NCBI GenBank assembly: GCA_039030515.1
Contig: JBCCEA010000005.1
Coordinates: 32,001 to 96,000, forward strand
Reading direction: 5' to 3'
Source: Myxococcota bacterium
GTDB taxonomy: Bacteria > Myxococcota_A > Polyangia > Polyangiales > Houyiibacteriaceae
Length of the DNA: 64,000 bases
Position 1 is the stretch's first letter, and every line of letters begins with the position of its first letter. The notes under the pieces were generated by a model that saw only the letters and a program-made list of their open reading frames with translations, had not been told where the DNA came from and made no database searches. The position numbers and the translations under genes are program-made. Positions 50,962 to 60,817 of the stretch are shown piece after piece.

Positions 50962-53007
50962 ATGGCCCAGCAAACACCTATGATCCCTCAGCAGAACTTG
51001 GCTGAGCAACCCCAGTTGATCGTCGAAGGAACTCCAGCGGCTACCTACGAAGGTGTCAGAGCACCGGCCCGCAAAACGCTAAAAACCTCTCCACGTGAGC
51101 GACTTCAGCGCACCAGCGACTGGACGGTCAGCAACAGTGAAGAGACCTATCATATTCGCGGTTGGGGCCATCCGTATTTTCGCATCAACGACAAGGGGCA
51201 CGTCGAGGTGCTGCCCGATCCGACGCGCCATCCGATCGATCTGTACGAAGTGGTGGAGCAAGTAGGAGCGCGGGGCCTCGAGCTTCCACTGTTGATTCGG
51301 TTTCCAAACATCCTCGAGCATCGGATCCGGCTCATCAACGAGGCATTTCAAGCGGCGATCGAGGAATACGAGTACCGAGGCAGCTACCGAGGCGTCTTTC
51401 CGATCAAAGTAAACCAGCAGCGACACTTGGTGGAGGAGGTCGTGCACTTCGGCCGACCGTTCCGATACGGTTTGGAAGCCGGCAGCAAACCGGAGCTCTT
51501 GATCGCTTTGGCGATGATGAACGACCCTGACGGTTTCATCATTTGCAACGGTTATAAAGACGAGATCTTCATGGAAACGGCCCTGGTGGGTTCGCGGTTC
51601 GATAAGGAGGTGATCGTCGTCCTCGAGCGCGCGGAAGAGCTGGAACTGATCCTGCGCGCGTCGAAAAAGCTGGGGATTCGCCCAAGTCTCGGAGTCCGAG
51701 CCAAACTCAGCTCGAAGGGCATGGGTCGCTGGAGCGGGTCGTCGGGCGATCGAGCCAAGTTCGGCCTTGCCACCGCGGAGTTGGTCAACCTCATCGATGA
51801 ACTCGCCGCTCTCGATATGCTCGACTGCCTCAAATTGCTCCACTTTCACATCGGGAGCCAAGTCTCGAGCATCCTCCCGATCAAGAACGCAATTCGCGAA
51901 GCGGCAAACCTCTATGTCGAACTGGCGAAAATGGGCGCAGCGATGGGGTATTTGGATGTCGGCGGAGGCCTTGCGGTGGACTACGACGGCAGCAAAACCG
52001 ACTTCCGAGGCAGCAAGAACTACGACCTCGCTGAGTACGCGGCGGACGTGGTGCACGGCATCAAAGAGGCCTGTGACAAGGCGGAGGTCGCCGAGCCGAT
52101 CATCGTCACAGAGGCAGGCAGGGCTGTCGCCGCGTATCAATCGGTCTTGGTTTTCGAAGCGGTAGGTGCCGACATCGTCCGATTTGGCGCTCCCAAAGAG
52201 CCTCCGGAGGACGCCCATCGCGTGCTCGACGAGTTGTACTACACTTGGAAAAATATCGTCCCGAAAAACGTCCAAGAATCCTTCCACGACGCGATGCAGG
52301 CACGCGAAGAAGCACGAAGTCTCTTTCGCTATGGCTATTTACCCCTGAGAACCCTCGCGATTGCAGAGCGGCTGTTCTGGCATTGCTGCGAAAAGATCAG
52401 CGACAATCTGAGCCGGCTCAAGTACGTGCCCGAAGAGCTGCAGCAGCTCGAAGAAACGCTCAGCGCGATTTACTACTGCAATTTTTCGATGTTTCAGTCC
52501 GCGCCGGACGTTTGGGCGATCCAACAGCTCTTTCCGATCATGCCGATCCACCGCCTTGAAGAACGGCCTTCCGAGCGGGCCACGCTTGCCGACTTGACCT
52601 GCGACAGCGATGGCATGATCAAAAATTTCATCGATCCCGAGGAGGACAAGAAAGTTCTCGAAGTCCATGAGCTGCGAAAAGGCGAACGCTACTTGATGGC
52701 GATGTTTTTGGTCGGGGCCTACCAAGAAATCTTGGGCGACATGCACAATTTATTCGGAGACACCAACGCGGTTCACGTCCGGCTCGAAAATTCAGGCTAC
52801 AGCGTGGCACACGTCATCAAAGGGGATGCCATCGACGAGGTGTTTCGTTATGTTTCGTATGATCCCGAAGACATGGTGGAACGAGTGCGTCAACAAGCCG
52901 AACGCGCGCTGAATCAAGGTCGAATGGACCTGTCCCACGTTCGCACTTTTATGCGGCACTACGAGCGCACCCTCAAGAGCTACACGTACCTAACCGCCGA
53001 GGAATGA
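50962..53007 (+). CDS. speA: Biosynthetic arginine decarboxylase
   Basis: 'FPIKVNQQR', 'GLEAGSKPEL', 'LHFHIGSQ', 'DVGGGL', 'DLTCDSDG', 'GAYQEILGDMHNLFG'. Confidence 0.97.
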   Translation: MAQQTPMIPQQNLAEQPQLIVEGTPAATYEGVRAPARKTLKTSPRERLQRTSDWTVSNSEETYHIRGWGHPYFRINDKGHVEVLPDPTRHPIDLYEVVEQVGARGLELPLLIRFPNILEHRIRLINEAFQAAIEEYEYRGSYRGVFPIKVNQQRHLVEEVVHFGRPFRYGLEAGSKPELLIALAMMNDPDGFIICNGYKDEIFMETALVGSRFDKEVIVVLERAEELELILRASKKLGIRPSLGVRAKLSSKGMGRWSGSSGDRAKFGLATAELVNLIDELAALDMLDCLKLLHFHIGSQVSSILPIKNAIREAANLYVELAKMGAAMGYLDVGGGLAVDYDGSKTDFRGSKNYDLAEYAADVVHGIKEACDKAEVAEPIIVTEAGRAVAAYQSVLVFEAVGADIVRFGAPKEPPEDAHRVLDELYYTWKNIVPKNVQESFHDAMQAREEARSLFRYGYLPLRTLAIAERLFWHCCEKISDNLSRLKYVPEELQQLEETLSAIYYCNFSMFQSAPDVWAIQQLFPIMPIHRLEERPSERATLADLTCDSDGMIKNFIDPEEDKKVLEVHELRKGERYLMAMFLVGAYQEILGDMHNLFGDTNAVHVRLENSGYSVAHVIKGDAIDEVFRYVSYDPEDMVERVRQQAERALNQGRMDLSHVRTFMRHYERTLKSYTYLTAEE

Positions 53008-53018
53008 TGGTTTGAGCA

Positions 53019-53744
53019 ATGGTGGACTCGCGCATCCTGGTCGTCACACCCACGTACAACGAACGCCCCAATATCGGCAGCTTCATCACTCAGCTCTTCG
53101 AGGCACTACCTCAAGCACACTGTTTGATCGTCGACGACAATTCTCCTGACGGGACCGGTGAACTTGCGGAAGAACTCGCCGCCAAAGATCCCCGTGTTCG
53201 CGTGATTCATCGCCCTCGTAAGCTTGGGCTCGGCAGCGCCTACCTTCAGGCATTTGAGCGCGGCCTGCAGGATGGATACGACGTACTGATCGAGATGGAT
53301 GCCGACCATTCCCACAATCCTCGATATCTCCCGGGCATGCTCGCCGAGTTGGACAGCCGAGCCGACCTGATCATCGGATCCCGCAACATTGCCGGCGGCG
53401 GCGTAGACGGCTGGGGCTTCGGGCGACACGTGCTCAGCAAGGGGGGCAGCCTCTACAGCCGAATGCTGTTGGGGGTGTCACCACGCGACCTGACCAGCGG
53501 ATACAAAATCTTTCGGAGAGAGGTGCTCGAGGCGATCGATCTTCAGACCGTTCGCTCCGAAGGGTACTCGTTCCAAATCGAGCTCACCTATCGAGCGATC
53601 CGCAAAGGTTTCACCGTTCGCGAATTTCCTATCGTGTTCGTCGATAGACATGCAGGTAAAAGCAAAATGAGTCGGCGCGTTTTTGCAGAGGCGGTGATGC
53701 TCGTGCCCAAATTGCGAGTTGAGGCGCTTCTTGGACGCATCTAG
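53019..53744 (+). CDS. Polyprenol monophosphomannose synthase (GT2)
   Basis: 'PTYNE', 'VDDNSPDGTG', 'MDADHSH', 'DLTSGYK', 'GYSFQIE'. Confidence 0.92.
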   Translation: MVDSRILVVTPTYNERPNIGSFITQLFEALPQAHCLIVDDNSPDGTGELAEELAAKDPRVRVIHRPRKLGLGSAYLQAFERGLQDGYDVLIEMDADHSHNPRYLPGMLAELDSRADLIIGSRNIAGGGVDGWGFGRHVLSKGGSLYSRMLLGVSPRDLTSGYKIFRREVLEAIDLQTVRSEGYSFQIELTYRAIRKGFTVREFPIVFVDRHAGKSKMSRRVFAEAVMLVPKLRVEALLGRI

Positions 53745-53854
53745 TCGACTACCCTGTAGGCGCCCTGACCACCCAGTGCGCGCAGTGCCGACCCGGCATC
53801 CAATGCCATGATCTGACGTCTACTGCAGCCATCTACAGCCGCGAGGGAGAACCT

Positions 53855-55243
53855 GTGGAACAAATAGAGCGGAAGGACCGATATGCGTCAGCCGGCAGAG
53901 CCGGATTATCGACCGCTACCGTGATCGACCACTGGGGCAACCCGATCACGACGAAAAGCGACCGGGCCGTAGACGCTTTGAACCGCTTCACGCTCGCCTT
54001 TGCCGCGCATCGCGCAGAGGCCCAATCCCTTCTCGATGAAATTTCCTGCGCCGATCCGGATCTGACCCTTCTGTTCGTCGTCCGCGGCTTTTCGATCTCG
54101 TTCTTGATGCGAAACGATCACTGGCAGCACGCACGCTCGATGTGTACGCGCGCCAAGCACATCAGTTCTCAGAGGGGAGCGACCCCACGAGAGAAGGGAT
54201 TGATCGCTGCCCTCGAGGCATGGCTACGCCGCGACGTGGATGCGGCTATCGATATGCTCGAGAGCCTCGTAAGTTGCAATCCTCGCGATCTACTCACCTT
54301 CAAACTCACCCACGCCTGCAACTTCATTCTAGGCCGGCCTCAGAGGATGCGGGCCAGTGCGGAGCGCGCGCTGAAGTCCTGGCACCCGCTCATCCCAGGC
54401 TACGGGCACGCTTTGGGCTGTCTTGCTTTTGCTCTTGAGGAGACCGGTGACTACGAAACCGCAGAGGTCGTGGGCAGGCAGGCAGTGGAGGCTGAACCAG
54501 GCAGCGCTTGGGCGATCCACGCAGTGGCTCATGTATTTGAGATGACCGACCGCCAAAAAGTCGGCACCGAGTGGCTCGAGAGTCATCGAATCGCGTGGAG
54601 TCAGTGTGGCAATTTCGCCGGACACTGCACCTGGCACCTGGCACTGTTTCATTTGGAGCTCGGTGAGATCGAAGAGGCGCTGGCCCTATATCCATCGATC
54701 CGTTCACATATCCAGCAAGATTTCCGCGACTTCAGCAATGCGGCTTCCCTACTGTGGCGCCTGGAGCAAGAAGGCTGCACTCTCGATACGGAATGGAATG
54801 AACTCGCTCGGTTGGCAAAAGCCAACGCCTTCGATCACGGCTGCGCCTTTGCGGACGTGCACTACGCACTCATTTTATTGCAGGCGGGTCGCCCTGAAGA
54901 GGCCTTGAAGGCGCTCCGATCGATGCGCGCCTACGCCGAACCGAGAACGCATCACTTTGCGAGCGTTATTTCAAAGGTTGCGTGTCCCATCGTGGAAGGA
55001 TTGATTGACCTCGACCAGGGCAGAATCGAGACAGGTCTTGAATACCTGGAGTCCATTCAGGGCAAGACGCAGCCCATGGGGGGCAGTCACGCTCAGAGAG
55101 ATCTTTTTGAACAACTGTGGATCGCTGGTGCTGTGCGTTGGAATCAGGCCCAGATCGCCGAGAGCGCACTGCAGAGCCGGCTTCAGCGGAGGCCTCAAAA
55201 CCGCTGGGCCATCCAAAAATTGCAGACGCTAAAAGACGGCTAA
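53855..55243 (+). CDS. TTC38-like tetratricopeptide-repeat protein
   Basis: 'AFALEETG', 'WAIHAVAHVFEM', 'HCTWHLAL', 'ASLLWRL', 'GGSHAQRD'. Confidence 0.85.
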   Translation: MEQIERKDRYASAGRAGLSTATVIDHWGNPITTKSDRAVDALNRFTLAFAAHRAEAQSLLDEISCADPDLTLLFVVRGFSISFLMRNDHWQHARSMCTRAKHISSQRGATPREKGLIAALEAWLRRDVDAAIDMLESLVSCNPRDLLTFKLTHACNFILGRPQRMRASAERALKSWHPLIPGYGHALGCLAFALEETGDYETAEVVGRQAVEAEPGSAWAIHAVAHVFEMTDRQKVGTEWLESHRIAWSQCGNFAGHCTWHLALFHLELGEIEEALALYPSIRSHIQQDFRDFSNAASLLWRLEQEGCTLDTEWNELARLAKANAFDHGCAFADVHYALILLQAGRPEEALKALRSMRAYAEPRTHHFASVISKVACPIVEGLIDLDQGRIETGLEYLESIQGKTQPMGGSHAQRDLFEQLWIAGAVRWNQAQIAESALQSRLQRRPQNRWAIQKLQTLKDG

Positions 55244-55479
55244 CGAATATACTGCGCGCTGAATGCAATGCATTCGATAGCCGAATCTAGTGAGCAGTCG
55301 GGACGCGTCTGTCGCGTCTGATCGATGCGCTCACCGATTTAACTCGATTTCAGAAACCCGTCTCGTCGTGGACATCGCGTGTAGCGTGGCGCACGATGAA
55401 GGGCGTTCTATCAAAAGCTCTACGACCTTAAGGTCTGCAAGCTTCTGTGCACACCGCTCTCATTAAGAGAAATTCTGAT

Positions 55480-56352
55480 ATGACCGCGGAGGATCAGGCG
55501 GCGCGCACGATTCAGAGCATCGTACGTGGTTTCCTAGAAATTGGTCGTCGACGACATCTCGATCATGCTGCAAATGCAATACAGCGATGGTTCCGATCTT
55601 GTCAGGCGAGAGCCTACTTGCCCGAGCGCGTGTATGTCGATGGGGAAGGGGACATTTGCGTCCATTTCACCGCCGGAGTCTCATTCACGCTCGTTCCCCG
55701 AGACGTTGGGTCCCAAGACATCGAGATGGGGCCAACGGATAGATCTACCGCACGACTCGTTGCACAACGTCGGATCATAAGAACAAGCAAAGCTGTCCGA
55801 TGCGGAAACCCTGCATGTGGGAAAAGGGTCAGCAGCACAAGCAACCCGCCAGATTGGTGGTCACCAGCTGAAGTAAAGGCGCGAACGCTCTTTCTAAACG
55901 TCGGGGATCATGAAGGGGCCTTCGGCAACAGAGGCGGTTCTCAAGCTCGTCGCCCCGCCAGGACTAGCGGACTGTGTAGGAGCTGCCTGATGGAGGAGGT
56001 TCGCCGCAACGCTTTTGCAGGGATAGAGACAGGAGATCCCACCGGTTGCGACCCAGCCGCGACGCGCGAAGCTTTTCAGGCTTTGCTCGCCGCTTTGGAT
56101 GAGCGGCTCCCTATCCGCGTGGAGCACCTAGAATCCCCCCTACCCGTCGTTCAACCGCCTCCACAGAATGGAATATCGCAATACCAATGTAAAAAAAGAC
56201 CACTCCACTCTCAACTCAGGCATCGGATCAAAGTTGAGTGCTACTTTGCGTTCATCGTTTTCACTCTCATCGCCTGTGCTGCCCTTTTCGGATGGATCGT
56301 GTACGAGCACACCTATTCGTCTGACCGACTTCTCGGCAGCGTCAGCCCTTAG
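55480..56352 (+). CDS. Orphan with two IQ-like motifs, Cys pairs and a C-terminal TM helix
   Basis: 'AARTIQSIVRGFL', 'AANAIQRWFRSCQAR'; 'CGNPAC' and 'CRSC'; hydrophobic 'YFAFIVFTLIACAALFGWIVY'. Confidence 0.65.
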   Translation: MTAEDQAARTIQSIVRGFLEIGRRRHLDHAANAIQRWFRSCQARAYLPERVYVDGEGDICVHFTAGVSFTLVPRDVGSQDIEMGPTDRSTARLVAQRRIIRTSKAVRCGNPACGKRVSSTSNPPDWWSPAEVKARTLFLNVGDHEGAFGNRGGSQARRPARTSGLCRSCLMEEVRRNAFAGIETGDPTGCDPAATREAFQALLAALDERLPIRVEHLESPLPVVQPPPQNGISQYQCKKRPLHSQLRHRIKVECYFAFIVFTLIACAALFGWIVYEHTYSSDRLLGSVSP

Positions 56353-56419
56353 GGTAGCTGCAGGGACCAAACAGGCAGCTTTTCCTTTTCAAGCCACGCA
56401 TAGACTCCGTAGGTCTGCA
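56232..56419 (+). repeat. 188-bp direct repeat B, copy 1
   Basis: Aligns ungapped with 58086-58273, about 6 mismatches by manual count. Confidence 0.95.
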
Positions 56420-56724
56420 TGCCGCCAATCGCTCATGAAGCCGTCAAGAACGCGAGCTTTTTTCGCAACAAATCTATGAATTATTGAAATCGCTATCCTT
56501 TGGATGCACTTGGCGTATCAGCACAGAATAGCGAAGCCGATAATGCAATCAGGGTACTTAGAAGAGTTGATTTAGCGAGACGTAGAGCATGACAAATGAA
56601 GCTTGGATTCCTATTGATATCTCATATCTAGAAACAGCTCTTGCGCACTTGACCAGATGGACGTGACGTGCAGAGTTAAGGATGATATCCGAACAAGCAG
56701 GCCTCAGTCTCCGATGGATACTAG

Positions 56725-57906
56725 TTGATGAGTCTTAGTCCTACAAATACTGGCTCTGACCGACATGATCCAGTCGTTGACCCGCAAGTCAGGCCCCCTC
56801 CTGGTGCAGCACGTCAGCAGCGATGCAGAATGAGGCCTCAGTACTTGTTACTTCTCTACGTGGCAGTGCTTCTGCCTCACTATCGACGCATCGGAGCGAT
56901 CCTGCGAGGCAGAGGATTTGCACCCTTAGGTCCGGTACAACCACTCAATCGCTGGTCTTCTCCGGACACGACGCTTGCCTGGTCCGGCGACTTTGCATGG
57001 CCCAATAACTGGGTGAACGCGACGCATCCCTCCGGGGGGGCGCATCAAAGCGTTCTGCCTTGCGTGGCTCTATGGATCCACGAGTCGAATCCAACTCAAA
57101 TGCATCGAAATCCTGATGAGCCTGTCCTACAGGATCCCGGCAAATGGCTGGATAGAGACAAGTGCGTTCCGGTTCCCGGAGGCAGCCGAGCAGTGGTCGT
57201 CGTCTACCCGGGATGTGAAGCCACCGTGACGAGCAGTGACGGGGCGATGTCGGTTGTGGTGACCGCGGTAAGACCTCAAACATTTGCTACGGGAGAACAC
57301 TCTGGAACATATTATGTATCAGCTCATCCAGTGAATCCTAAAGAACAACGCATCCAAAATTGGTACGATATCCGCGGGACACCACCCCACATCAACCCCT
57401 CCCAACGATTTCAATACATGCTTGACAGTATGCCAGAGGATGTAACTGGGTTTAACGGTGTATACGGCACGGGTTTATTCGTCGTTCACGCTTCTCTCGA
57501 GCCATCCTTCATGATGCTATTTCGTCCGCAACGGCGTGCGAAGATGGAAGCAGGAATCGTCACTAGTCGGAGAACGGGACACGAGAAAGTCCTCAACTTT
57601 TTGCTCCGTGCTTACTACGGACCGGGGCCCGACCCAGATGCAGGCACAGTAGGATCACGACGACAACAGGCGCAGAACCTCATGAAGCAGCTGGACCTGG
57701 CAGGCTTTGCACTAGTGATGAAGAGAAACCGGAAAGGCTCCGTCGTCCGACTCGGACTGAGCTTCAAGTCGAGGGGGATCAATTGCCGAGGCTCGGGAGC
57801 CAACGGCCTCGCAGACGAGCGTATGCAGAGGGCTATCACCCGGAAAGTCGAGAGCCTATTCCAGGGGCCAGTAGTGAGGATCGAACATCCACCCGTTATG
57901 TGTTGA
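56725..57906 (+). CDS. Paralogue 3 of the orphan family
   Basis: Hydrophobic 'YLLLLYVAVLL', CVALW, YPGCE, FNGVYG, HAS, TGH, FKSRGINC, PPVMC. True start may be ATG 56830. Confidence 0.8.
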   Translation: MMSLSPTNTGSDRHDPVVDPQVRPPPGAARQQRCRMRPQYLLLLYVAVLLPHYRRIGAILRGRGFAPLGPVQPLNRWSSPDTTLAWSGDFAWPNNWVNATHPSGGAHQSVLPCVALWIHESNPTQMHRNPDEPVLQDPGKWLDRDKCVPVPGGSRAVVVVYPGCEATVTSSDGAMSVVVTAVRPQTFATGEHSGTYYVSAHPVNPKEQRIQNWYDIRGTPPHINPSQRFQYMLDSMPEDVTGFNGVYGTGLFVVHASLEPSFMMLFRPQRRAKMEAGIVTSRRTGHEKVLNFLLRAYYGPGPDPDAGTVGSRRQQAQNLMKQLDLAGFALVMKRNRKGSVVRLGLSFKSRGINCRGSGANGLADERMQRAITRKVESLFQGPVVRIEHPPVMC

Positions 57907-58085
57907 ATAGGGGCATCTGGGAGTGCGGGTGTCTGGGAGTGCTCTCGCTGCTGCCCTGCACCACGCTTCACGTAGTCAACCAACGTCTTCGCTTCCGGAA
58001 CAGACTCATGCACTCTCGGTTGAAAGAGCCGTAAGCACATGAACTCACCGCTTCCGTAGGCCCTAAATATCTCATATCAGATTAG

Positions 58086-58273
58086 AGTTGAGTGCTACTT
58101 TGCGTTCATCGTTTTCACTCTCATCGCCTGTGCTGCCCTTTTCGGATGGATCGTGTACGAGCACACCTATTCGTCTGAACGACCTCTCGGCAGCGTCAGC
58201 CCTTAGGGTAGCTGCAGGGGCCAAACAGGCAGTTTTTCCTCTTCAAGCCACGCATAGACTCCATAGGTCTGCA
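58086..58273 (+). repeat. 188-bp direct repeat B, copy 2 (contains the slt 3' end)
   Basis: Matches 56232-56419. Confidence 0.95.
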
Positions 58274-60527
58274 GCACTCTTCGGGTGTATCTTCGGGTTT
58301 CTTCAAATGGAATCGTTTCGATAAACGCGTCCAGAGGCAAGTCGCCACGGGAACGCAGCCATCGATTCACCGCCCCATGACCCGCGTTGTAGGCCGCAGG
58401 CACCAGGGCGGGGTTTTCGGCAAAACGATCCCAGAGAAATCGAATGTAGTGCGTGCCGATACGAAGATTGGTTTCGGGATCCCGAAGCGAAGCGGAATCG
58501 GAGGGAAGGTCAAGTTCGCTAGCGAAACGCTGGGCGGTAGGCTCGATAAGCTGGATGAGCCCGTACGCGTGCGCGGCAGAAACCGCACGAGGATTGAAAG
58601 CACTTTCCTCTCGGGCGATCGCACGAACAAATGAAGGAGCGATCTCTTCTGAAGCGGCAACTTGCTCGATAAGTGGCGAAAAAGCATTGGGGTAGGCAAG
58701 TCTCCACAGAGCCTTGCCTCCGGAGGGACTGGTGCGGCTTAGGCCAGGCAGACGTCCGCGTACCAGAGCGCTCGCTTGGGGTAACGCACCGGCCCTATCG
58801 AGCAGCGCGGCGGTCAGCCACAAAAGAGAGGCGTCGCTTCCCTCTCCCGTAGCGCCAAGATAGTCGAGTTCGATTTTCGCCAGCTCGATGTCCCCCACGC
58901 GAAGGAGATCGATCGCCCTGAAAAAGCCGGGTTGTTCCAGCTCAGTGCGATGGGGAAAGCGAAGATCCGCCGGCTTGGACGCATCACGCATCGAACTGAG
59001 GAGGCTCTCGGCGCGCGCTGCATCCAGCTCGCGGATGCGCATCAGAGACTGCTGAGCGTAGTAGCTGAGTGGATACTTTCGAAACAGCGACTCCCACTGC
59101 GAGAGCGCATCGTTAGGGCGTTCCAGTTCAGCGAGGAAGCGGGCGCGCCAATACTCACTTCGTCCAAGAGAGCCGTCTGTGGTTTCGGTCGTGCCCTCGT
59201 CGATCGCGGTGGTCAGCGTCTCAATCGCCTCCTCAATCGCCCCTTGGGTATGTAGATGCCAAGCCAACTTGAATCGCGCCCTTCCGCGCATATCGCCCTC
59301 TGGATATACGAGAGGTAGGGTCGCAAGCTGTTGGGCCATCGCCTCTTCGTCGTTCAGCTCTTTTGCGCAAAGCGCAGCGCGGTATCGGGCGTCGTCTGCA
59401 AGGCTGCTCTCCTGGTGGTCTCTTTCGAGCTGTCCGTATTGCTCTATAGCCTCTTGGTAGCGACCCAAACGGGCCAGAGCTCGAGCAGCATTGAACCGGG
59501 CGGCCGCTCTGACCGATTGAGTCCGGCATCGTGAGGCGACCTGCAGCATGTGCTCGGCTCCGCTGGCGCGCTTTCGCCGGCGCAGCATGGCGCGACCTTG
59601 CATCAACTGGGCCTCGCATTTCTGGGCCTCGCTCGCGTCTGTGCGGCCGGCGATGGCGCCAAATGCATGCTCTGCATCCTCATGCCTCATGGCCCGATAG
59701 AGTGCTTGGCCGTTCGCGAGCGCGTCTTCGACGGATGCCGAGCCGAGTTGACGGCGACGGGGCCCGGCGAGCTTGGCCAAGACTTTTCTCGAAGCCTCCG
59801 CAGCGTGACGGCCGGCGGAGGAAAGCGGCGCTCGACTCTGAACTCTTCTGTAGAGCCGCAAAGCCTCCTCCAGAGATTCTGGGGTCGCTCGGGCCTCCAG
59901 GATGCGCACCAAGGGAAATACCGCCGAGGCGCCGCCCACTTCCGGAGGCGTTTCTTGCAGCAGTGCGCGCAGCAGTGGCTCCGCCTCTTCGTGTCTGCCG
60001 GCTCGTTCAAGACCGCGGGCATGGATCCGCCGGGCCCGCAATGCCCCCGCCCATCCGGTCGCAAGGGGGCCGGTTTGCTTTGCAGCCGCCTCGGGATCGT
60101 CGACCTCGATCAGGCGCGCAAGCTGCAGCGCGGCCCACGGTGCAAGCGGCGCTCCGCTTTTTTCGATTCGGCGGTAGCTCTGCCGGGCCAATTGCAAAAG
60201 GGCCGGTTCCGACTCTGACGCTCGCGCACCAACCCAAAGCAAAAGCGTTTTCTCCTCCTCGGTCGCTTCGGGCAGCGCGTCGTCGACGATCTGTATCGCC
60301 TGGGCCGGCGTGCCAAACCGCCATGCCTGCTTCGCTCGCCCCAAGGCCGAGCTGGGGTCGACTCGGACGATATTCGGATCAAACCAGCTTCCCGATCCAT
60401 TTGAGTCCGGAATCATCCGGGAGGTTCCCGAGAAGCTTTGCGCGCTACACGTGCTGGAAAGGGTGGTCAACGCCGCAAAGGCCACCGAGGTATGCTTTGG
60501 GGTCCATCGGATTCGAAATGAGCGCAT
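58203..60527 (-). CDS. slt: Soluble lytic murein transglycosylase (Slt70-like, TPR + SLT)
   Basis: 'AIAREESAF', 'GLIQL', 'AYNAG', 'IPFEETRRYTRRV'; TPR-like helices. Confidence 0.92.
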   Translation of the reverse strand: MRSFRIRWTPKHTSVAFAALTTLSSTCSAQSFSGTSRMIPDSNGSGSWFDPNIVRVDPSSALGRAKQAWRFGTPAQAIQIVDDALPEATEEEKTLLLWVGARASESEPALLQLARQSYRRIEKSGAPLAPWAALQLARLIEVDDPEAAAKQTGPLATGWAGALRARRIHARGLERAGRHEEAEPLLRALLQETPPEVGGASAVFPLVRILEARATPESLEEALRLYRRVQSRAPLSSAGRHAAEASRKVLAKLAGPRRRQLGSASVEDALANGQALYRAMRHEDAEHAFGAIAGRTDASEAQKCEAQLMQGRAMLRRRKRASGAEHMLQVASRCRTQSVRAAARFNAARALARLGRYQEAIEQYGQLERDHQESSLADDARYRAALCAKELNDEEAMAQQLATLPLVYPEGDMRGRARFKLAWHLHTQGAIEEAIETLTTAIDEGTTETTDGSLGRSEYWRARFLAELERPNDALSQWESLFRKYPLSYYAQQSLMRIRELDAARAESLLSSMRDASKPADLRFPHRTELEQPGFFRAIDLLRVGDIELAKIELDYLGATGEGSDASLLWLTAALLDRAGALPQASALVRGRLPGLSRTSPSGGKALWRLAYPNAFSPLIEQVAASEEIAPSFVRAIAREESAFNPRAVSAAHAYGLIQLIEPTAQRFASELDLPSDSASLRDPETNLRIGTHYIRFLWDRFAENPALVPAAYNAGHGAVNRWLRSRGDLPLDAFIETIPFEETRRYTRRVLQTYGVYAWLEEEKLPVWPLQLP

Positions 60528-60817
60528 GGCTGCCTACAGTAAGAATAATGGTCTCATCACAGCAAATTCGCGAGCGCAGGTGGAGGCTCCCGGGCCGGTT
60601 TCTAAACCATGCGTGCAGGCCCGGGCACGTCGTTGATCGAGGGGAACGTCATAGAGCGAGACGTCATCAAAGGGAACGGCATCAAACGGGACGGCATCAA
60701 ACGGGACAGCATCGCTGCAGGCACCTACCGACGGCCCCCACGGAGTTGGCCCGCCAGCTGCCTATGTGATACGGACGCTGGCGTACGGAGGCGACGGTTC
60801 AGGCCATTATCATTGGG

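Noticed and set aside
51079..52287. 402-aa antisense ORF (also 163-1131 and 59531-60769)
   Set aside because: Shadow ORFs opposite well-supported genes in GC-rich DNA, with no motifs.
56617..58078. ATATCTCATATC present twice inside the paralogue 3 cassette
   Set aside because: A 12-bp AT-rich match with no further support; could be chance.
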